Below are positions 49,663 to 57,850 of a DNA stretch of 64,000 nucleotides, one piece after another (the stretch's first letter is position 1; each line of letters begins with the position of its first letter). The stretch spans positions 1,058 through 65,057 of the forward strand of contig JAHLMR010000001.1 of NCBI GenBank assembly GCA_018920255.1, given 5' to 3'. The DNA is from Candidatus Aenigmatarchaeota archaeon (GTDB lineage Archaea > Aenigmatarchaeota > Aenigmatarchaeia > Aenigmatarchaeales > JAHLMR01). The notes beneath the pieces are model-generated. The model worked only from the letters and a program-made list of their open reading frames with translations, searched no databases and was not told where the DNA came from. Position numbers and translations under genes: made by a program.

Positions 49663-49843
49663 AAAAAATTTATTGATTATCTATTTAATAAAGTTTTAGC
49701 TTTGAAATATTTCAATCTATATTTTTGAGTATACAAATTTATTTAAATATAAAAAAAAATTAATATTTAATTTTACAATATTTCAAAACTCATTTTATTA
49801 GTATCAGAGACTATCAGTGCCGAGAAAAAATAATAACAGGTGA

Positions 49844-52183
49844 TTGTTTATGAAAAAAGAAATATTAAATCAAAATTTAGTTGAAAATTTTTATTATGAA
49901 GATAAAAATAAAATTAATTTCTGGATTGCAAGAATGGAAAAATATAGCAAAGATGCTGTTATTCAATCATGTTTAAATTCTGGAGCAACAGAAGAAGTTG
50001 CAAAAAAAGTTGCTGAACAAGTAGATAAATTTGTTGATAGTAGAATGAAAATGTCTGAAGTTCGCCCACTTATTTTTACATTTTTAGAGAAATATGATCC
50101 AATTTCTGCAAAAAAATTTAAAGGCCATGAATTATATGTTAGGACATCAAAATTTACATATGAAAAATTTGATAGAGAAAAAATTAAGCAATCTTTATTA
50201 AGAGAAACAGAAATATCTGAAGACGCAGCAGAAATTATAACTAATGAAGTTGAAAATTTTATAAGAAATGCAAAATATGAAATAGTTTCATCATCTCTTA
50301 TTAGAGAATTAGTTAACTCTAGACTTCTCGTTCATGGGCTTGAAAAAATTAGAGCAGAATATACAAGAATAGGAATGCCTGTTTGGGATGTAACAACTCT
50401 TATTAATCAAGGTTCAAATGAAAACGCTAACCTTCAATATAACCCAGAAACAATTCATAAACTTATTGCTGATAGCATACTAAAAGAATATACTCTTATA
50501 AAATTACTTCCAAAACACATAGCAGATTCTCATTTAAGAGGAGAAATTCATATTCATGATTTAGATTATTTTGCATTAAGACCGTTTTGCTTTAGTCATG
50601 ATATGAGATTTTTCTTAAAAAGAGGTTATATTTCAGATGGTCAGGGAATTCATACAGCAACAGCAGGACCAGCAAAACATCCAGAAGTAGCAGTTTTACA
50701 TGCAGCTAAATTTCTTGCAAGTTCTCAAACTAATTGTGCAGGAGGACAAGGTTATAATTGGTTTAACGTTTTATTATCACCATACCTACAAGGTCTTTCT
50801 TATGAAAGAATAAAACAATTAGCACAAATGTTTTTATTTGAAATGTCTCAGATGTATGTTGCAAGAGGCGGGCAAACAGTATTTTCAAGTATAGATATAG
50901 AACCAGAAGTTCCTAGTGTTTTAAAAAATGTTCCAGCAGTCCTTCCTGGAGGAATAGTTAAAGAAAATGTTACTTATGAAAATTTTCAAGATGAAACAAA
51001 TAAATTCTTTAAAGCAATAATTGAAGTTTATACTCAGGGAGATGCAAAGAAAAAACCATTTAACTTCCCAAAATGTGAAGTAAAGGTTTCTAAAGATATT
51101 ATAGAAAAATATAAAGAAGAAATGTTTGCTGTTGCAGAATTAGCAGCAAAGTTCGGAACTCCATATTTTTTTGTACAACAAGATTATATGCCAGAGTATA
51201 GTTGTTATCAATGTTGTAGCTATTTAATGGATTTAAGCAACCAGAATTCTGAATCAGATTTATATAATGGTACAGTTCGTGGCGGAGCACTACAAGTTGC
51301 AACTTTAAATCTTCCAAGAATTGCTTATGAGTCAAGAGGAGATGATACTAAATTATTTGAATTAATTAGAGAAAGATTAGAAATTATAAGAGAACTAATG
51401 TTTATAAAATATCATATTATTAAAAAAAGATTAAAACAAGGAATTTTACCATTTCTTTCTCAACCAGTTAATGAAAAGGGAGATACATATTTAAATCCAG
51501 ATAAAATGAGTTTTGAAATAGGAATGATAGGTTTAAATGAAATGCTTAAAGCACATCTTGGATATGAACTTCATGAGAGTAAAGATGCATGGACATTTGG
51601 ACTTAGAGTTATAAAAGAAATGTGTGATATTGCAAAGGAGTTTAATAAAACAAATGAAATAGGAGGACATTTTGCTATATCAAGAACTCCTGCAGAAAGT
51701 TGTTCGCACAGATTAGCTAAAATAGATTTTAAAGAATTTAATGGAAGAGCAATAGTACAAGGTGATAAAAATTCCGGGGCAATCTATTATACAAATAGTA
51801 CTCATATAAGACCATCTGCTGAAATATCTATTTGGGATAGGATAAAAATTGAATCATCATTTCATCCACTTTTAGTTGGGGGTGCTATGCTTCATATTTG
51901 GTTAGGTGAGGCATTTCCAAATCCACAAGCAATTTTTGAATTAAATAAAAAAATTATAAATAATACCCTTACTGCATATTATGCATATACAAAAGATTTA
52001 ACTGTTTGTAGAAAATGTAATTTTGTATATGGACAGGCAACAAAATCTTGTATAAATTGCGGTTCTCAAGAAGTTGATATTTATTCAAGAATAACAGGTT
52101 ATTATCAAAATCTAGGAAGTTGGAATGAAGGAAAAAAAGCAGAGTTTTTTGAAAGAAAAAGATATGTAATAAAGGAGGTATAA
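49844..52183 (+). CDS. nrdD: Anaerobic ribonucleoside-triphosphate reductase (class III)
   Basis: N-terminal ATP-cone, large barrel, C-terminal zinc ribbon CRKCN...CINCG and glycyl-radical motif SRITGYY. Confidence 0.9.
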   Translation: MFMKKEILNQNLVENFYYEDKNKINFWIARMEKYSKDAVIQSCLNSGATEEVAKKVAEQVDKFVDSRMKMSEVRPLIFTFLEKYDPISAKKFKGHELYVRTSKFTYEKFDREKIKQSLLRETEISEDAAEIITNEVENFIRNAKYEIVSSSLIRELVNSRLLVHGLEKIRAEYTRIGMPVWDVTTLINQGSNENANLQYNPETIHKLIADSILKEYTLIKLLPKHIADSHLRGEIHIHDLDYFALRPFCFSHDMRFFLKRGYISDGQGIHTATAGPAKHPEVAVLHAAKFLASSQTNCAGGQGYNWFNVLLSPYLQGLSYERIKQLAQMFLFEMSQMYVARGGQTVFSSIDIEPEVPSVLKNVPAVLPGGIVKENVTYENFQDETNKFFKAIIEVYTQGDAKKKPFNFPKCEVKVSKDIIEKYKEEMFAVAELAAKFGTPYFFVQQDYMPEYSCYQCCSYLMDLSNQNSESDLYNGTVRGGALQVATLNLPRIAYESRGDDTKLFELIRERLEIIRELMFIKYHIIKKRLKQGILPFLSQPVNEKGDTYLNPDKMSFEIGMIGLNEMLKAHLGYELHESKDAWTFGLRVIKEMCDIAKEFNKTNEIGGHFAISRTPAESCSHRLAKIDFKEFNGRAIVQGDKNSGAIYYTNSTHIRPSAEISIWDRIKIESSFHPLLVGGAMLHIWLGEAFPNPQAIFELNKKIINNTLTAYYAYTKDLTVCRKCNFVYGQATKSCINCGSQEVDIYSRITGYYQNLGSWNEGKKAEFFERKRYVIKEV

Positions 52184-52185
52184 AT

Positions 52186-52362
52186 ATGTCAGATTTAGAA
52201 TTTTATAAAAACGGTTTTGAAAATAGAAAAAGAACTTGTATATACTGTGGTGAAAAATTTTGTACAGGAACACGTATAACTGGAACATTAGATGGTTCAG
52301 ATCCAGAATATCCTTTTGTTGAAAGAAAAAGTTGTGGATGGTGCAAAGAACTTGAAGATTGA
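52186..52362 (+). CDS. 58-aa mini-protein homologous to the NrdD C-terminal zinc-ribbon/glycyl-radical module
   Basis: Sequence MSDLEFYKNGFENRKRTCIYCGEKFCTGTRITGTLDGSDPEYPFVERKSCGWCKELED. A strong AGGAGGT RBS lies 6 nt upstream, and the start is 2 nt after the nrdD stop. Confidence 0.4.
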   Translation: MSDLEFYKNGFENRKRTCIYCGEKFCTGTRITGTLDGSDPEYPFVERKSCGWCKELED

Positions 52363-52603
52363 AGTTTATTATACGAAAAACTGTCCAAAATGTCCTGCAG
52401 CAAAACAAATTTGTAAAGAATTAGCAAAAGAATTTAATTTAGAGTATTCAGAAATAGATATAGAAGAAAATTTAATAGATGCTCTTCAAAAAGGAATAGC
52501 ATCAGCACCAACAGTTTTAATTGATGGAAAAATTGTATCAAGATCTTCAGTACCAGAAAAAGAAAAATTAATAAAGATTATCAAGGGAACTTCAAATGGA
52601 TGA
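52292..52603 (+). CDS. Glutaredoxin/NrdH-like redoxin
   Basis: CPKCP active site in KIEVYYTKNCPKCPAAK. The real start is probably internal (TTG 52352, LKIEVYY), because the upstream part overlaps the 58-aa ORF in another frame. Confidence 0.55.
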   Translation: MVQIQNILLLKEKVVDGAKNLKIEVYYTKNCPKCPAAKQICKELAKEFNLEYSEIDIEENLIDALQKGIASAPTVLIDGKIVSRSSVPEKEKLIKIIKGTSNG

Positions 52604-53330
52604 AATAATTAAACTAGGGGGTATTTTAGATTTTACAACAGTTGATTGGCCAGGAAAAATAGCATCTATTGTTTTTCTTTATGGTTGTAATTTTAAATGT
52701 CCATATTGTTTTAATTCTGATTTAGTTATTGGAAATAATTTTAAGGAAATTGAAATTTCAAAAATAGTTGCTTTATTAAAATCAAATAAAGATTTTGTAG
52801 ATTCTGTTGTTATTTGTGGAGGTGAGCCAACAATTCATGGAGAAAAGTTAGTTAAGTTATGCTCTTTATTAAAAGAATCAGGATTTAAAATAAAATTAGA
52901 TACAAACGGAAGTAATCCAGAATTAGTTGAAAAATTAATTAAAAACAAACTTATAGATTTTGTCGCATTAGATATAAAATCAGACTTTCAAGAAAAAAAT
53001 TATGAAAGGGCTTCTGGTGGATTTACTGACATGCAAAAAATTAAAAATACACTTAATATTCTTATTAATTCAAATATAGAATATGAATGTAGAATACCAG
53101 TAATACCAAATTTAAATCAACATTTGATTAAAAACATAGCAAAGGAAATAACTCAAGCAAAAACTGTAGTTTTAGAACAATATATTTCTTCTGATAAAAC
53201 AATAGATAAAAATTTTAAAATTATAAATTCACCAAGTAGAGAAGAGTTAATAAATTTAGCAAAATTCTTTAAGAATGAAATTGTAAAAATAAGAACTAAA
53301 GAAATGGGAGAAGAAATTTTAACAAGTTAA
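52596..53330 (+). CDS. nrdG: Anaerobic ribonucleotide reductase activating protein (radical SAM)
   Basis: CNFKCPYC cluster motif near the N-terminus and a GGEP SAM-binding motif. Confidence 0.85.
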   Translation: MDEIIKLGGILDFTTVDWPGKIASIVFLYGCNFKCPYCFNSDLVIGNNFKEIEISKIVALLKSNKDFVDSVVICGGEPTIHGEKLVKLCSLLKESGFKIKLDTNGSNPELVEKLIKNKLIDFVALDIKSDFQEKNYERASGGFTDMQKIKNTLNILINSNIEYECRIPVIPNLNQHLIKNIAKEITQAKTVVLEQYISSDKTIDKNFKIINSPSREELINLAKFFKNEIVKIRTKEMGEEILTS

Positions 53331-53651
53331 ATGAAAGATAGCACCAACTTTTTTACCTCTAATTTTATTAAATTCTTGAACCGCTTGAGGTGTTGGCTTA
53401 ATTATTAATTCAATACCAGAAACTTGAGCAGCAACATGCACAGATGGATCTATTTTAACAGCACCAGCAGTTCCATTTCCTATTATAATAATTTCAACAT
53501 TTTCCATTAAAAAATCATCAACATCAAATTTTGTTATTTCATGAGATTTTTCTTTTTCAACAATTTTCCCATCTGGATAAATTTTTATATCTGTAGTAAA
53601 TTTTTTACCTCCTATAATTATTGTACCAAAATAAAAACTATCTATTTTCAT
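53319..53651 (-). CDS. Mth938-like domain protein (DUF498)
   Basis: Pattern ...FGTIIIGGKKF...IIIIGNGTAG...IKPTPQAVQEFN...AIFHLTC. Confidence 0.5.
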   Translation of the reverse strand: MKIDSFYFGTIIIGGKKFTTDIKIYPDGKIVEKEKSHEITKFDVDDFLMENVEIIIIGNGTAGAVKIDPSVHVAAQVSGIELIIKPTPQAVQEFNKIRGKKVGAIFHLTC

Positions 53652-53785
53652 AATTTTTAATGTGTGTTATTAATATTTAAAATTTTAGTAAATCAAGGAT
53701 CTATCATCTGTAACTATTATTATTTCCACATAAAATTCAAAGGAAATTCCAAAAATTTAAATATTTTTAAGTACATTTTATAATT

Positions 53786-53953
53786 ATGAAAAAATTTAAT
53801 TTATTTAGTATCTTGTTCATTCTTCTTTTTTCTTTAAATACCTTTGCTGCATGTTTTTCACCAAGTAATGGAACATTAACTTATGAAAATGAATCATTTT
53901 CTTTTGTTTCGAGAAATGTATCAATAAAAAATTCAATAATTCGATTTAGGTAA
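53786..53953 (+). CDS. Small putative secreted peptide (55 aa)
   Basis: ORF MKKFNLFSILFILLFSLNTFAAC... with a signal-peptide-like N-terminus. Below the ORF-track cutoff. Confidence 0.2.
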   Translation: MKKFNLFSILFILLFSLNTFAACFSPSNGTLTYENESFSFVSRNVSIKNSIIRFR

Positions 53954-53958
53954 TAAAA

Positions 53959-54741
53959 ATGGGAATTTTTGATTTTCTTTTCAAAAAGAAAAAAATTGAC
54001 CCAGAATCAATAAATTATTTTAAATACTTCATTTATGATGATTATTTAATTTTTGACTTATCATTTCTTAATGAAAGAATTTTAAAATGCTATACAGATT
54101 TAATTAAAAAATATACAAAATTAAGTATTTCAAAGGAAAAAATTAAAAATCTAATTTTAGAACATTCTCGCGCAATTTTTCTCGAAAAAGGAAAAATATC
54201 TTTTATTAAATTTAATTTTAGTTACCTTTCTTTTCTTCAATATTTTATAATTCCATTACCAAATGATATAAAATCATTATTTGAATTTATTCAAAATTAT
54301 AAACTCATTCCAATAAATGTTAATTTTACAGGTGTTAATTTCATAGATTTTTTTCGTAGACGTTCATTTGAAGAAGGACCAGAAGAGGGTCCTAATAAAT
54401 TTTTGTTCGTTCCTTTATCTAAAATGAATAAAATATGTACTGGAGGTTTAGATATTGCTAACAATGTTAATAAAATTTTTGATTGTTATTCTGAACTTAT
54501 AATAAATTCAATAAATCTTAAAGACAAGAAACAAAAGAATAATATAAGAAATTTAATAAGTCTTGTTTGTGGAATCTCAACAGACTTTTACTCTAGTTCA
54601 GGAGAACTACTAGCAAAATGCTATTATGATGGTCATGAGAAAGGTCTTGTTTTATATACAAAGTTAAATAAAGAAAAAATCAATGAAATTTTAAGGAAAT
54701 ATAACTTTTCTTTAACAACAAATAAAATATATTTTAGATGA
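53959..54741 (+). CDS. Hypothetical protein
   Basis: 260-aa ORF with no recognisable motif. Confidence 0.3.
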   Translation: MGIFDFLFKKKKIDPESINYFKYFIYDDYLIFDLSFLNERILKCYTDLIKKYTKLSISKEKIKNLILEHSRAIFLEKGKISFIKFNFSYLSFLQYFIIPLPNDIKSLFEFIQNYKLIPINVNFTGVNFIDFFRRRSFEEGPEEGPNKFLFVPLSKMNKICTGGLDIANNVNKIFDCYSELIINSINLKDKKQKNNIRNLISLVCGISTDFYSSSGELLAKCYYDGHEKGLVLYTKLNKEKINEILRKYNFSLTTNKIYFR

Positions 54742-54804
54742 AGCTTCTATAGATAGATTGCACTTTCAATTGTTACTTTAAAAAATAAGCATTAATTATA
54801 AAAA

Positions 54805-54893
54805 TGGTAGCCCCGGTAGGATTCGAACCTACGTCTCAAGGTTTCTTCCAATTGACCAGAGCCTTGCATGCTTGACCGCTACACCACGGGGCT
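54805..54893 (-). tRNA. tRNA-Gln(CTG) with a 13-nt canonical anticodon-loop intron; CCA encoded
   Basis: Minus-strand sequence AGCCCCGTGGTGTAGCGGTCAAGCATGCAAGGCTCTGG[TCAATTGGAAGAA]ACCTTGAGACGTAGGTTCGAATCCTACCGGGGCTACCA. It has an A1-U72 pair, a CAAGG/CCTTG anticodon stem and a GTAGG/CCTAC T stem. Confidence 0.6.
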
Positions 54894-54993
54894 ATGCTAA
54901 TTTATTTTTCTTTAAGCTTTTAAATTTTTTAAAGCATTAATTTTAAATTTTACTAATTTATAATTCTTTTAATTAAAATTAAAGGGTGATTTT

Positions 54994-55209
54994 ATGATAG
55001 AAGAAAAACAATTTATACTTATATTAAATGGAGAAGAATTTATAAGTCCAGATAAATATGTTGTAGACTTTTATGGGAATAGATATATGATTTTTGAAAG
55101 TAAATCTAGAGCATTTAAAATAAAAGTTTATAGAGATGATCTAGAGATAGATATGGTTACAGGAAAATGCAAACTTAAACCAGGAAAAAGGGTTATTCCT
55201 TTAAATTAG
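54994..55209 (+). CDS. Hypothetical small protein
   Basis: 71-aa ORF with a GGGTGA RBS. No motifs. Confidence 0.25.
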   Translation: MIEEKQFILILNGEEFISPDKYVVDFYGNRYMIFESKSRAFKIKVYRDDLEIDMVTGKCKLKPGKRVIPLN

Positions 55210-55441
55210 AATTTTCTAAAGATTTTAAATATCTTTCTCCATTTTGTGTTATAGCATACGATACTTCTCCCAATGGATGAACGATAGTTATATATCCTTT
55301 TTCAGCAAGAGATTTTACAGCACCAATTGTACCGTTAACAGTTCCAATTTTTGAAAGAAGTTCACTTTTAGTTATAAATGAAAATTCTTTTAATATTTTT
55401 AATATTTTTATTTCTGTTTCACTTAATGTCAAATGAATCAC
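55193..55441 (-). CDS. Small winged-helix (MarR/TrmB-like) DNA-binding protein
   Basis: SETEIKILKILKEFSFITKSELLSKIG...GYITIV is a wHTH pattern. Confidence 0.45.
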   Translation of the reverse strand: MIHLTLSETEIKILKILKEFSFITKSELLSKIGTVNGTIGAVKSLAEKGYITIVHPLGEVSYAITQNGERYLKSLENSNLKE

Positions 55442-55444
55442 CGA

Positions 55445-56002
55445 TTATGCTAAAATTTCAGATTTAACTTTTATCATTTTTTCTTTACCAAGCATAATTT
55501 CTACTATTTTTAATGCAAATTGTATTGCTGTTCCCGGACCTCTTGATGTTATAAAGTTTTCATCTACAACCACAGGATCATCTCTCGGTCTATCAAAATT
55601 TTTTTCAAAACCAGGATATGCAGTTGCTTTTTTATCTTTTAATAATCCTAATTTTGCAAGTATTAATGGAGCTCCACAAATTGCAGCAACAATTTTTCCA
55701 GATTTTCCATATTTTTCAACTATTTTTAATACAGAAGGTGTTTTCATAAGATTTTCATAGCCAGGATATCCTCCAGGCAAAATTATAGCATCAAAATTAT
55801 CTATGTCAGATTCTATATCTACTAAACGCTTATCAACTTGAACTTTTAATCCATGAGCACCAGTTATAAAATTTCCAGTTGTGCCAACAACTAGCAAATT
55901 TATACCAGCTCTTCTAAGTATATCAATTACAGAAATAGCTTCTATTTCCTCAAACCCATCTGCTAAAGTTATAATAGCTTTTGGCATATCTATCTCCTCC
56001 AT
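55445..56002 (-). CDS. DJ-1/PfpI-family protein (intracellular protease/ThiJ-like)
   Basis: Nucleophile elbow AAICGAP, DAIILPGG, and ~185 aa length. Confidence 0.8.
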   Translation of the reverse strand: MEEIDMPKAIITLADGFEEIEAISVIDILRRAGINLLVVGTTGNFITGAHGLKVQVDKRLVDIESDIDNFDAIILPGGYPGYENLMKTPSVLKIVEKYGKSGKIVAAICGAPLILAKLGLLKDKKATAYPGFEKNFDRPRDDPVVVDENFITSRGPGTAIQFALKIVEIMLGKEKMIKVKSEILA

Positions 56003-56096
56003 TTTTATTATAAATTTTAAGTATTTAATAATTTTAAAGTTTATTTTTATATTATTAAGTGATATTTTTAAACTTCATAATTTTTAATATTTATTT

Positions 56097-56609
56097 ATGT
56101 TAAATGGAACTTTTGAAAAAAATAAAGTTATTGTTGAAGGAGAAGGAATAAAAAATTTATTTAATAATGGTTGGTATGGAAATATTGAAAATAATAAACT
56201 TATTTTAGACTTATTTGAAGCAGCATTTCTTTTAGAACGTGGAAAAATAGAAATTTTTAAGGATAATGAAAAAATTAAAATAGATGAATTTTTTGGCATA
56301 TGTTGTAATCTCGATAAAAGTTTTATGTATAAATATTCAGTATATTCTGATTTAAGAAATAGAGGTTTAATAGTAAGAGCTGGATATATTGGTACAGATT
56401 TTAAAGTTTATGAAAGAGGAGCAAAGCCAAATAAAAATGAAAAAATTAAATGGATTGTTTTTGTTTCATCAGAAGAATATCCTTGTATTTTAGAACAACT
56501 TGGAAAAGCAATAAAACTTTCTCAAAATATAAGAGCAACAGCTGTTTGGGCTGTAGTTGATACTGATTTAGATGTTACATATTATATTATAAATTCAATA
56601 ATTCCGTGA
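56097..56609 (+). CDS. endA: tRNA-splicing endonuclease, probable structural (beta-type) subunit
   Basis: EndA fold motif YSVYSDLRNRGLIVRAGYIGTDFKVYERG. The position of the catalytic His reads NEK, so the His is absent. It overlaps the next gene by 4 nt. Confidence 0.6.
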   Translation: MLNGTFEKNKVIVEGEGIKNLFNNGWYGNIENNKLILDLFEAAFLLERGKIEIFKDNEKIKIDEFFGICCNLDKSFMYKYSVYSDLRNRGLIVRAGYIGTDFKVYERGAKPNKNEKIKWIVFVSSEEYPCILEQLGKAIKLSQNIRATAVWAVVDTDLDVTYYIINSIIP

Positions 56610-57157
56610 GAGTTATGAAAATAAAAGGAATTTTGCTAAATAATAGAGTAAGAATATATGATTTTAATAAAGCAAAAAGTATTTATGAGGAAGGATATTA
56701 TGGAAAACTTAAGGAAGATTGTTTAGATTTATCATTAATAGAAGCATGTTATTTATTAGAAAAAGAAAAAATTATTATAGAAGATAGTAATAAAAACCAA
56801 TTAAATTTTGAAGAATTTTATAAAAAGTGTCAAGAAATAGATGAAAGATTTCATATAAAATATATTGTATATTCAGATCTAAGGAATAGAGATTTGCCAA
56901 CTAGAACAGGGTTTAAATTTGGTTGTGATTTTAGAGTTTATAACAGGGGAGTAAAACCAATAAAAAGAGGTCCAAAAGCTCCACATGAACACACGAAATG
57001 GATAGTTTTTGTAATTCCTTATAATTATAAATTTACATTTCCAGAATTTTCTAGAGCAGTAAGACTTGCACATAATATTAGAGCACACATGCTTTGGGCT
57101 GTTGTTGATGAAAATAAAGAAGTTAAATATTTTGAAATAACATTCTTCAAACCATAA
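56606..57157 (+). CDS. endA: tRNA-splicing endonuclease, probable catalytic (alpha-type) subunit
   Basis: YIVYSDLRNRDLPTRTGFKFGCDFRVYNRG, followed by PHEHTKWIVFV with the catalytic Tyr and His candidates. It is a paralogue of the upstream gene. Confidence 0.65.
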   Translation: MRVMKIKGILLNNRVRIYDFNKAKSIYEEGYYGKLKEDCLDLSLIEACYLLEKEKIIIEDSNKNQLNFEEFYKKCQEIDERFHIKYIVYSDLRNRDLPTRTGFKFGCDFRVYNRGVKPIKRGPKAPHEHTKWIVFVIPYNYKFTFPEFSRAVRLAHNIRAHMLWAVVDENKEVKYFEITFFKP

Positions 57158-57296
57158 TGGTGGGGTGGGCGCGACTCCCAGCAACTTCTTTTAAGAAAAG
57201 AAGTTGCGAACCTTCTTTCTTAAAGAAAGGAGGTTTTTTGAACGCGCGACACCACGGTCTTCAGCCGTGTGCTCTCCCGGGCTGAGCTACCACCCC
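57158..57296 (-). tRNA. tRNA-Phe(GAA) with a 63-nt T-loop (59/60) intron; CCA encoded
   Basis: Minus-strand sequence GGGGTGGTAGCTCAGCCCGGGAGAGCACACGGCTGAAGACCGTGGTGTCGCGCGTTCAAA[AAACCTCC...GCTGGGAG]TCGCGCCCACCCCACCA. All four stems pair canonically. Confidence 0.7.
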
Positions 57297-57333
57297 GGCT
57301 TTTAAAATTATAATTTCAAAAGAATTTAAAAGT

Positions 57334-57588
57334 TTATTTTTTAATTTTAATAGAATATATCCAAAAATCTTTTGCAAATTTTTCATTTAAAATATTAATC
57401 AACTTTCCTTTTTCTTTCAAATGATTTTCACAAATTTTAACTTCCGCAAGATCTTTTTTTATTTGTTTTTTTATATTAGTTTTTGTAATAATAAAAGAAT
57501 CAAAATATTTATTCTTACAATTTTTAAAACTACATATATTTACATCTTTTCTAAAATCAAAAATTTTTAATAAAAATTCAATGTCTTC
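57334..57588 (-). CDS. Hypothetical small protein (start trimmed to avoid tRNA-Asn)
   Basis: The listed ORF 57334..57672 runs into the tRNA-Asn gene. The internal Met (MEDIEFLLK...) gives an 84-aa Cys/Lys-rich product. Weak. Confidence 0.2.
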   Translation of the reverse strand, partial: EDIEFLLKIFDFRKDVNICSFKNCKNKYFDSFIITKTNIKKQIKKDLAEVKICENHLKEKGKLINILNEKFAKDFWIYSIKIKK

Positions 57589-57604
57589 CATTATTTCACC
57601 AAAA

Positions 57605-57793
57605 TGGCGCCTGGGACAGGATTTTCTTCGAAACTTCTTCGAAACTTCTTTTAGAAAAAGAAGTTTCATCAAGAAAATTTGTCTTTCTTGATGAACCTTC
57701 TTTCTTAAAGAAAGAAGGTTTTTTGAACCTGTGACCTAGTGGTTAACAGCCACTCGCTCTTTGTTGTTGAAATTCCAACTGAGCTACCCAGGC
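57605..57793 (-). tRNA. tRNA-Asn(GTT) with a ~100-nt T-loop (59/60) intron and a ~13-nt extra insertion in the D-loop; CCA encoded
   Basis: Minus-strand sequence GCCTGGGTAGCTCAGTTGG[AATTTCAACAACA]AAGAGCGAGTGGCTGTTAACCACTAGGTCACAGGTTCAAA[intron]TCCTGTCCCAGGCGCCA. Confidence 0.65.
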
Positions 57794-57850
57794 ATTAAAA
57801 TATTTTATTAATTACAAATATTTATAAATGCTTACTTTTAATTAATTTAT

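Noticed and set aside
52292-52351. ATG-initiated N-terminal extension of the glutaredoxin-like ORF (MVQIQNILLLKEKVVDGAKN)
   Set aside because: This stretch is the +1 frame of the 58-aa NrdD-like mini-ORF and has no redoxin features. A TTG start at 52352 (LKIEVYYTKNCPKCP) is more plausible. The longer coordinates are listed only because the start is unverified.
57169-57250. Hairpin-module elements interpreted as free-standing MITEs or terminators
   Set aside because: Every copy in the window sits precisely between TTCAAA and the last T-loop base of a tRNA gene on the tRNA strand. None occurs outside tRNAs. An intron interpretation is therefore more parsimonious, although a genome-wide search is still needed.
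57589-57672. 5' part of ORF 57334..57672 (-)
   Set aside because: It overlaps the tRNA-Asn gene (57605-57793) on the same strand. If real, the protein must start at the internal Met, and even then support is weak.
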